From contig NW_021836664.1 of assembly GCF_006345805.1 (NCBI RefSeq), positions 1-23,155 on the forward strand: 23,155 nt of DNA, given 5' to 3'. Positions 12,373-20,920 of the stretch are shown piece after piece. The translations under genes were made by a program, and so were the position numbers. This DNA comes from Octopus sinensis (Eukaryota). Under the pieces are notes generated by a model. It was not told the origin of the DNA, did no database searches, and saw only the letters and a program-made list of their open reading frames with translations. The first letter of the stretch is position 1; every line of letters starts with the position of its first letter.

Positions 12373-12937
12373 TGTATGTATGTATGATGTATGTATGTAT
12401 ATATGTAGTATTATGTATAGTATGTATGTATGTATGTATGTATGTATGTATGTATGTGTTGTGTCTATGTATAACATGCTTACATTCATACTTACATGCA
12501 TTATACATGTATGCATACATGTATGTATACTATATGCATGCATGTATATATGTATGTATGTATGTATGTGTGTATGTATGTATGTATGTATGTATGTATG
12601 TATGTGTGTGTATGTTGTTGTGTATGTATTTATGTGTGTATGTATGTGTATGTATGTGTGGTGTATGTATATATGTATGAATGAGGGTATGTATATGTAT
12701 ATATGTATGTAGTTAATTATGTATGTATGTTTGTATATATGTATGTATGGGGGTATGTATGTATATATGTTGTATATGTATGTATGTATGTATAGTATGT
12801 ATGTATGTATTATGCATATATGTATGTATGTATGTATGTATGTATATGTATGCATGTATGTATGTATGTATGTATGTATGTAGTATGTATGTGTATATGT
12901 ATATGTATGTATGTATGTATGCATGTAAGTAGTATGT
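12373..12937. repeat. Degenerate (TATG)n microsatellite
   Basis: Direct reading of the sequence. Confidence 0.95.
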
Positions 12938-13487
12938 CAGGTCACTTTCGAGTGCTACTGGTAACATGTAACCCAGTACAACCTGTTGCATTGTTGGGTC
13001 GTCGGCGACTAAACCGTCAACCCCACCAAACTTGTTTGGTGAGGAGGGAGTTTATTGGTCACCCTGCGGGATGAAAAACAAAACCCGTCGAAGGGCGGTA
13101 GAACGCTTGAGAGTCAACAGCCATCCAATAAATGCCTTAAGGCTGTATCATGCGCGGGGACATAGAAATAATCGGACTGAATACCCGATCGCGCGGTTAA
13201 ACCATTGGGAGTGCAGGACTCCTAGACTTTGTTAGGGCATCCTTCTAGGAGAAGGTAACTCAGGTAACTGGGATAACTCCGATATAAAACCTGCGGCTCA
13301 GTGGTTACCGATGATGTTGACTTGTTTTTTTTTCGGATTATGGCTGGTGTTGCTTAGTGAGTGGGATTGACTCAGTGCACAGCCTTTCCTCGCTTTCAAA
13401 AAAAACTTCATGCACAGGCATTGCAAGATAACAACATTGATTAAGCTTCGTGCAATGGCCCTACTCGATAACGAGGGGGCAGCCACC
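12938..13487 (+). mobile_element. Non-autonomous RTE-derived element, copy 2
   Basis: Same start (CAGGTCACTTTCG) and end (GCAGCCACC) as copy 1, with many substitutions and small indels. Confidence 0.55.
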
Positions 13488-13489
13488 AA

Positions 13490-14522
13490 GTATGTATGTA
13501 TGTATGTATGGATGGATGGATGGATGTAAGTATGTGTGTATGTATGTACGTATGTATGTATGTACGTATGTATGTATGTATGTATGTATGTATGTATGTA
13601 TGTATGTATGTATGTATGTATGTATATATGTGTCTATTCGATATATACATGCTTATATTCATGCATACATGCATGCATACATGTATACATACATAAATGT
13701 ATGTATGCATATATGCATGCATGTATTAATGTATGTGCGTATGTATGTATGTATGTATGTGTGTGTGTATGTATGTTTGTATGTATGCATATGTGTGTGT
13801 GTGTATGTATATATGTATGGGTGTATGTATGTATGTATGTATGTATGTATGTATGTGTGTATGTATGTGTGCAGGTATGTATGTGTGTATGTATGTGTGT
13901 ATGTATGTGTGCATGTATGTATGTATGTATGTATGTATGGAAGTATGTATGTATGTATGTGTATGTATGTATGTATGTAGTATGTATGTGTGTGTTTGTA
14001 TGTATGTTTGTATGTATGTATGTGTGCATGTTTGTGTGTATGTATGTATATATATTTGTGTGTATGTATGTATATGTTTGTATGGGGGTATGTGTGTATG
14101 TATATATGTATGTATATACGTGAGTGTGTATGTATGCATGTACGTATGCATGTATGTATGTGTGTATGTATATATGTATGTATGTATGTTTGCATGTATG
14201 TATGTATGTATGTGTGCATGTATGTATGCATGCATGTATGTATGCATGTATGTATTCATGTATGTATCTATATGTGTGTATGTATGTATGTTTGTATGTA
14301 TGTATGTGTGTATGTATGTGTGTATGTACATAGTGTGTGTGTATGTATGTATATTTGTATGTATGGGGGTGTGTATGTTGTATATATGTAAGAATGAGTG
14401 TATGTATGGTGTATGTATGTATATATGTAAGCATGAGTGTATGTATGTGTGTATGTATGTATGTGTGTATGTATGTGTGTATATATGTATGCATGTATGT
14501 ATGTGTGTGTGTATATATGTAT
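13490..14522. repeat. Long degenerate (TATG)n/(TG)n microsatellite
   Basis: About 1 kb of TATG/TG variants; source of many spurious ORFs. Confidence 0.95.
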
Positions 14523-14652
14523 GGGTGGGTGGGAATTGGTAGGTTTGATTTTGATATTCCCATAAAAACTTTCTAATCCGATTAACGCTTGTTGTGAAGA
14601 ATCCAATCCGAACAGCGGACTTCATTAGATTAAGTCTTGCGATTACTGTGTG

Positions 14653-14878
14653 GGTTGAACGAAATACTTCCCACGCTGAATATTAAAACAGTGTGTGTGT
14701 GTGTGTGGTGTGTGTGTGTGTGTGTGTGTGTTTGTCAGTGTGTATGTGTGTTAGTGTGCGTGTGTGTGTGTGTTTGTTGTTTGTGTATGGTGTTGTGTTA
14801 GTGTGTGTGTGTGTGAGTGTGTGTGTATGCCAATGTATTTGGTGTGTTTGTCAGTGTGTGTGTCAGGTGTGTGTCTAT

Positions 14879-14910
<32 letters not shown>

Positions 14911-15120
14911 TGTGTGGTGTGGGTGTGTTTGTTAGTGTGGGTGTGTGTGTGTGTGTCAGTGTTTTGTTGGTGTGTGTGTGTCAGTGTGTGCGTGTGTGTG
15001 TGTGTCAGTGGGTGTGTGTGTTTCAGTGTGTGTGTCGGTGTGTGTGTGTGTGTGTGTGTCTTTGTGTCCGTGTATTTGTTGGTTGAACGAAATACTTCCC
15101 ACGCTGAATATTAAAACAGT
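14653..15120. repeat. Degenerate (TG)n tract (14693-15080) flanked by a perfect 40-bp direct repeat
   Basis: GGTTGAACGAAATACTTCCCACGCTGAATATTAAAACAGT at 14653-14692 and 15081-15120. Confidence 0.9.
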
Positions 15121-15398
15121 TTCCCAAGAATAACAAATAAAATTAAATAACAACATTAGTAAATAAATATATCATAATATATCCAGAAACAGGAATCATT
15201 TCACTTTACACGTGTCTCTCATTCATCAAAAATTTTGCTAATTATTGTGTGACAATATCAAACCATCTCTTCCAATAATTAAACCTGTCAGACAAGTTCA
15301 CACCGCTTTTACAGTTCCACCAATCGCATTGGTTCATAAATTTACGATAAGATCTATGCCCGAGCTGGGTTGTTGTGCGCTCAATAAATACGTGGAAT

Positions 15399-15404
15399 TC
15401 AGTT
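15399..15404 (+). promoter_or_regulatory. Possible Initiator (TCAGTT) for the candidate first exon
   Basis: Matches the TCAKTY consensus about 90 nt upstream of ATG 15489, with no intervening ATG. A hexamer match only. Confidence 0.25.
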
Positions 15405-15488
15405 ACAGGTCTTCAGCTTAAACCTCGCATCTCGATCTTTAGTTGAAGCCACACGAAGTATCACGTACGACCGACAACTGTCACCAGA

Positions 15489-15631
15489 ATGGATTTCGCA
15501 CAACTGTCCAGGAATATTTCGCAGCGTTATTCCATTTCTTCTCTCATAGCTTTTGGGTTCTTCTCGTTCTGACGATCGTGATTCTTCATCAAGATTCAAG
15601 AATAGGAAAAAATGGAGAGAAATCGAAAACG
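15489..15631 (+). CDS. Candidate first coding exon of the next short-chain collagen C4-like paralog (type II TM anchor), with a 1-nt deletion
   Basis: AGAATGG start context and perfect G|GTAAGT donor at 15632. Adding one T to the T4 run at 15551-15554 gives MDFAQLSRNISQRYSISSLIAFWVLLVLTIVILHQDSRIGKNGEKSKT, ending in phase 0, which matches the 3698-type exon. Confidence 0.5.
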
Positions 15632-15649
15632 GTAAGTCATGGATTTTGA

Positions 15650-16125
15650 TAATATATGTATGTCTTTATGTATTTATATATGCATGTATGTATGTATGCA
15701 TTTACGTATGTATGTATTAATATGTGGATGTATGTACGTACCGATGGATGGATGGATGTAAGGATGTATGCATGAATCACGTACATATGTTCCTATGGAG
15801 CACACACACACACATAAGATCACACACGTAATCACACACGAACACACAGGCGCACACACCTAAACATACATATATACACAGATACGCATATTTGTATATA
15901 TAATATACATATATATGTATATATAATATACATATAAATGAATATATTAGTGCGTGAACTTATATAGATATATATATACAAACAAATATATGCGTGTGTG
16001 TATCTATCACTGTATCTCTCTGTCTATCTATCTCTTTCTCTCTCTATTTATCTATACATATGTATATATGCATGTGTGTGTGTGTGTGTGTGTCTGTGTG
16101 TGTGTGTGTGCGTTTGTATATAAAT
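15650..16125. repeat. Compound TATG/CA/TA/TG microsatellite
   Basis: Direct reading of the sequence. Confidence 0.85.
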
Positions 16126-16128
16126 ATA

Positions 16129-16330
16129 TTCTTTTACCCGTTTCAGTCATTTGACTGCGGCCATGCTAGAGTACTGCGTTTAGTAGAACAAATCGACTTC
16201 AGGAATTATTCTTTGTAAGACTATTGCTCATTCTATCGGTATTTCTAGCCGAACCGCTATGTATCGGGGACGTTAACACACCGACATCAGTTGAGAATCG
16301 ATAGTGGTGCGACAATAACAGACACATATA
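16129..16330 (-). mobile_element. 3' half of a cephalopod SINE
   Basis: TTTCAGTCATTTGACTGCGGCCATGCT...AATCGAC...CCGAACCGCTA...GGGGACGT.AACACACC matches my recollection of an abundant Octopus SINE tail in reverse orientation. Confidence 0.7.
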
Positions 16331-16439
16331 TAAAACATAGATACATACACCACTATGTGTGCTATACACACACACACACATACATTCATATATATATTAA
16401 TATATACATTCATATATACATACACACAATATAGTTACG

Positions 16440-16535
16440 TATGTATGTACATACATATCTAACTATCAATCTATTTATCTACATATCTATCTGTCTATCT
16501 ATGTATTTATCTATCTATCTATCTATCTATCTATC

Positions 16536-16584
<49 letters not shown>

Positions 16585-16604
16585 ATATCTATATTATATA
16601 TATA

Positions 16605-16642
<38 letters not shown>

Positions 16643-16690
16643 TGTATATGGATGTATATATATATTCTATATATACATACATATACACAC
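16440..16690. repeat. (CTAT)n(TA)n microsatellite
   Basis: Direct reading of the sequence. Confidence 0.95.
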
Positions 16691-17342
16691 ATCCCAATCA
16701 AACACAAAGAAGGGTGGAATTGTACTCCTGTCCGATCGCTCTTCCACCAGACATAATCTAATTGTCGGGTTCTAGCATGGCCATGCCCTGTCGCTGCAAC
16801 GTTTAGCCCTATTAATATTAGCGTTAAGTATTATATCTAGATGTACACTTGCGCACACGCACAGAAACAGACACATGCAAACATACACACACACACACAC
16901 ATAGGAATACGTACATATTTACACACATTTATCTATTTCTCTCCATCAGGAACGGAAGTGAGGCGAGTTTTTTTTAATCTTTTCTTTCCAACTGAAAATA
17001 AAACGTGCGAGTGCCAATGTAGATCGGTGAATTTCGTAATGTTTGACTGTAATTCACGTGGTTTTTATATATGACAATATGTAAGAACGAATGTAAATAC
17101 ATACACAGAGACACACGGACAAAACACGCTCAAATAAACACAAACACACACACATACGCACGCACACAGACCACACGTGCTCAATTGTACACGAACAATC
17201 ACACTATACAGTGTATGTCCACTCACATATATGTGTGCGTTTGTGTGTGTGATGCGTATAAGTAGATACGTATTTGTGATATTTTGTGTGTGTATCCTTC
17301 AGCGTACGTGCATACGTGCATACGTATATATTGATATATATA

Positions 17343-17386
<44 letters not shown>

Positions 17387-17480
17387 CAACAATTGATGGT
17401 AAAATTAATTAATTATTAATCAATTTCACCAATTATTCAGTATGTAAAGGGACCATTATAGGCGAATTCAAAATATTACA

Positions 17481-17684
17481 TTATATATAAGGGCTTAGTA
17501 AAATAAATTACTTTGCCACATACTGAACTCATTAGAAATAGCAGCTAAAGAAATTTCTTCAGCTATTTCTAATACTTAAAGAAGATCTCTCTCAGATAGT
17601 GTTTGCCTAAACTAACTCACAAAAGTATACTAATGAGTTCAGTATGTGGCAAAGTAATTTATTTTACTAAGCCCTTATATATAA
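17481..17684. mobile_element. MITE-like foldback element with 55-bp perfect inverted arms
   Basis: 17481-17535 is the exact reverse complement of 17630-17684 (arms include flanking TA repeats); 94-bp non-coding spacer. Confidence 0.75.
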
Positions 17685-17728
17685 TAAATCTATATATATA
17701 TTATATATATATACATATATATATATAT

Positions 17729-18939
17729 TGTTACGACACACACAGGGTGGGACCTCCGCGATTCGAACTGTTACGGAAATCCTCACACACCGTTCGATGC
17801 AGTGGGTTTAGCTAGTGCATTTCTTGGTGACCCACTTTGGAATGGTGGGCCGGCACGTCTTGAAGAAAAGAGACAGTCCTTTGTTTACTGGGAGATTAAT
17901 GAGTTTTGGATGGACCTTTCTGGCCTTGTGCGGTCGATTAGAGGTCGTTCTAAACACCCCTTGAAGAAGAGGAAGGAAAGTGGTGAGAGAGATAGAGTAA
18001 GGAATCTAAGAGCAGATAGAGAGGATATTAGCAGTGAGAGAGGTAGAGGGGGCAAGGAAGGACAGGCAGAGTGTATGGCAGAGCTGTCATGAGAGGGTAT
18101 GAGGGGTAGAGACAGAGGGAGATGAGGACAGTGGAAGTCAGGACAAGGAGGTGAGGTTTTGGCAGTTGGCAGTCGGTCGTCGAAGGGTACAGTCGGATTC
18201 TGGAAGTCAGAGCGAGTAGGTGGAATCTTGGGAGCAAGCGGTGCAGTCTTAGGAGCAAGCGGTTTGGCAAGCTGGAGTTGGCGGTATTGAGAGAGAGATG
18301 AGTGCAATATGGGACACTGGCGATTCTAATTAGGAATTAAGGTATTTGACTTGTATTGATACGTGTTACGATGTAAAAGAAAAGAAGAGAAAGAAGAGAG
18401 AAAAAGAAGAACTCTGATGTAGACGATAATGAACTTTGAATTGTAACGTGAATTGTTGTGATGCGAACATTGTATAATGTATCGAAGTGTTCTGATTGGA
18501 CTGTGATGTATCGTGAACATTATTTGATCTGAACTTGTTTGTCTATGAAATACTGTTATATTGTTACTTGCATGTTTAAATGCTTTGATCTGTTGCTAAT
18601 ATATATGACTTGTTGTGTCGTTACCGGACTGTTATATTGAGTAGTCACGTGCATGTCCTTCTTTAAATGTTTGCCTTAAATGCTTTGATGTTGTAACCAT
18701 TGATTGTCGTATAAACTAGTTGTTAAATGTAAGCCAGTGTTGCCTCTGTTGCCTTGCCTCTTTTGGTGTCTCTCTCGGTTGCCTCTCTGTGTCTCTGTTG
18801 CCTTGCTGCGGTTGTATCTCTCCTCTCTCCTCTCTCTGACGAGTTTCCGTAGCTTAATCGCTGCATCGAACGGGCCTGTGTGTGTGAGGATTTCCGTAAC
18901 AGTTCGAATCGGAGGAGGTCCCACCCGTGTGTCGTAACA
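17729..18939 (+). repeat. 5' LTR (1211 bp), starting with an inverted copy of the LTR 3' end
   Basis: 17806-18939 aligns with 20929-22065; ends TCGTAACA, followed by the PBS. Confidence 0.92.
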
Positions 18940-18941
18940 AC

Positions 18942-18959
18942 TGGTGTCAGAAGTGGGAT
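18942..18959 (+). promoter_or_regulatory. Primer binding site, complementary to the tRNA-Leu 3' end
   Basis: TGGTGTCAGAAGTGGGAT, 2 nt after the LTR; reverse complement of ...ATCCCACTTCTGACACCA of tRNA-Leu. Confidence 0.88.
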
Positions 18960-18996
18960 TGTCCTAATTGCTGCGTTTCGATCGGTTTTTTTCGCT

Positions 18997-20751
18997 ATGG
19001 ATTTGTCTGGTTGTCGGACCGGAGACGGGGAGATTTCGCTTGCCCTGATTGTGGAGATGTTGAGGGGCCAGATGGCGCAGACAGACGCGTTCATGGAGAC
19101 AATGGACGAGAGGCGACAGGGCCGGTGTGCAGATCAGCAGGAGTTTGATGTTTCGGATGGGTCAGCTTTGAAGGATCGGTGTTGGACCGGGGATAGCGAC
19201 GGTCCTGTGGGCAGAAATTGCCCGTCGAACGAGGCATCGAGAGAAACAGATAGTGAAGGAAGTGTTTCGGAACCTGGGTTGGTCGCCGAAATTTGTGATG
19301 CTGGACCGGTAGTGTTTGCGGAAACTAAAGCGTATGTTGCTGAGCCCGATGTTAAGGAAACCAAAAGGCCTGTTGAAGGTGTTATGGCTGATGCTGTTGT
19401 TCCGTGTCTGGAGCCCTTGGCGTCTCGACCCCTGTCTCTCGGAGCTCAGGACGAAGAGCTGGTGAGGTCTGGGGCGGATGTCGCTGAATCCGAGGTTCCG
19501 GCTCTGTGTGTGATGGTCGCGGCAGGTGTTGTGCCGTGTGCGGATCCTTTGGTGTCTGGGCCCCTGTCTCTTGGGGCCCAGGAGGACTGTATGGTTCCCA
19601 CTGTGGAGAGGCCACAGGCGTGGATGGACTGGCGGCCGAGCGTGCGTGTTGTGAGGCCTGCGGTGCGGAAGCTGGTGAGGAAAAGGACCAAGCCCGTTGA
19701 CGAGGCGAGACGGCTACGAACGGTGGTGGGTCCACCAAGACAAGGAAGACTGCTTCAGCGTTGGGTGAGCTTTGTGGTTGATGGCTGCTTGGGGCCGGTG
19801 GAGCACGACAGGCAGTGCATAGTAAAAGCTCAATTGAGGGTCGGGTGGACCCTAGTAGAAGCAGAAGCTGGCAGGGTGCTGGCTGGGTCGGCCGATCTTT
19901 TGGAAGTGACACAGGCGATTTGTAGAAGGCAAATCGAGGAGTCGTGCCAGATGGCGAACCAGTGGTGGGGCCAGTTCTGCCGATACGGCAACGCAGTTGA
20001 AGGAGATGGTGTCCCACTGATGCAGTTGAGGAAGCGGTCCGCAAGGAGTCGTTGGTGCTTGGTTGGCACTCGGGTGGGCTCTGTATTCGATGGTTGCGTG
20101 GGGCCGGTGGAGCCCGACAAGCAGTGCGGAGTGAGAGCTCAATTGAGGGTCGGCTGGACCCTGGTGGAGGCAGAGGCTGACAGAGCGCTGGTTGGGTCAG
20201 CCGATTTATTGAAGGCTGCGCAGGCGATTTGCAGAGGGCAAATCGTGGAACTGCGCCGGACGGTGAACCAGCGGCGGGGTCCGTTCTGCCGGTGCAGTGA
20301 TGCAGTTAAAGGAGATCGTGGTCCGCTGATGCAGTTGCGGAAGAAGCAACCGTTGGTGAGGAGCGCAAGACGTTTGTCGCGAAGGTTGTTAGAGGTTGGT
20401 CGCACGAACATGGCGGAGTGCTTCGTCGGCCAAGGCGGTCGTCGCTTGAGGAGGCAGCGAGGCCGCAGAATGGTCCCAGTACAGCAGCGCAAGAGGAGAT
20501 ATCGACGACAGAGAACAGCGAAAGGGCGCAACGGTCCCTGGTCGTCGGCCTTAGTTGTGCAGAATGGGGATGGCACAGCGAGGTGCTACGTGGGTTATAG
20601 AGCCCTGAGGAAGGTGGCCACTGTGAAGGATTGGCCGGACCCTGCTTGTATGAGGGAGTTGAGGAACTTCCTCGGACGGTGCGGCTATTGTTGGCGGCTA
20701 GTAGGAAGCCTGGCGGCCTTGATGGAGGTGTTGCCCAAGCCGCAGAGGTAA
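18997..20751 (+). CDS. 584-aa ORF of the LTR element: uncharacterised repeat-containing protein fused to Gypsy RT remnants
   Basis: ATG 38 nt after the PBS with no internal stop. The C-terminus PWSSALVVQNGDGTARCYVGYRALRKV + ATVKDWPDPACMRELRNFLGRCGYCWRLV resembles the Gypsy RT start joined to the RT connection segment. No YxDD, RNase H or integrase motif. Confidence 0.7.
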   Translation: MDLSGCRTGDGEISLALIVEMLRGQMAQTDAFMETMDERRQGRCADQQEFDVSDGSALKDRCWTGDSDGPVGRNCPSNEASRETDSEGSVSEPGLVAEICDAGPVVFAETKAYVAEPDVKETKRPVEGVMADAVVPCLEPLASRPLSLGAQDEELVRSGADVAESEVPALCVMVAAGVVPCADPLVSGPLSLGAQEDCMVPTVERPQAWMDWRPSVRVVRPAVRKLVRKRTKPVDEARRLRTVVGPPRQGRLLQRWVSFVVDGCLGPVEHDRQCIVKAQLRVGWTLVEAEAGRVLAGSADLLEVTQAICRRQIEESCQMANQWWGQFCRYGNAVEGDGVPLMQLRKRSARSRWCLVGTRVGSVFDGCVGPVEPDKQCGVRAQLRVGWTLVEAEADRALVGSADLLKAAQAICRGQIVELRRTVNQRRGPFCRCSDAVKGDRGPLMQLRKKQPLVRSARRLSRRLLEVGRTNMAECFVGQGGRRLRRQRGRRMVPVQQRKRRYRRQRTAKGRNGPWSSALVVQNGDGTARCYVGYRALRKVATVKDWPDPACMRELRNFLGRCGYCWRLVGSLAALMEVLPKPQR

Positions 20752-20907
20752 GGTGCCAACCTGTGGCTGGTGCTGAAGTGGTGGCCGTAGGAGGTGAGAC
20801 CTCCGGAGGAGAAAACACGCAAGGGGACCTCCAGTTCCTGGAACGTCTGCTGGAGCTCACCCTCGGAGCTGCGGGTTTGTTATGCTTTTGTCGGATCGAC
20901 AAAGCTT

Positions 20908-20920
20908 AGGTAGGGGGTAG
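20908..20920 (+). promoter_or_regulatory. Polypurine tract
   Basis: AGGTAGGGGGTAG immediately before the TGTTA start of the 3' LTR. Confidence 0.8.

Noticed and set aside
11508-14884. Many long ORFs of MYVC/HTYI type (also 2-298, 7762-7980, 14693-15156, 16441-16761, 22051-22351)
   Set aside because: Translations of TATG, TG, TA and CTAT microsatellites, which lack stops in several frames; no coding signal.
11840-15120. CRISPR-like repeat-spacer array
   Set aside because: Only pairs of repeats, with microsatellite between them, in a spliced eukaryotic context and with no cas genes.
15605-15631. GKNGEK as a collagen triple-helix remnant
   Set aside because: Only two Gly-X-Y triplets, which is within chance expectation.
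15443-15649. ORF MKPHEVS... as listed in the ORF track
   Set aside because: Starts at a non-ATG codon and reads through a splice donor; only its 3' part is used in the proposed exon.
17802-18520. ORFs inside the LTRs (duplicated at 20938-21644)
   Set aside because: Purine- or pyrimidine-rich low-complexity LTR sequence; duplication is explained by the LTRs.
19134-20902. Antisense and alternate-frame ORFs in the LTR element interior
   Set aside because: GC-rich shadows of the main ORF, with no motifs.
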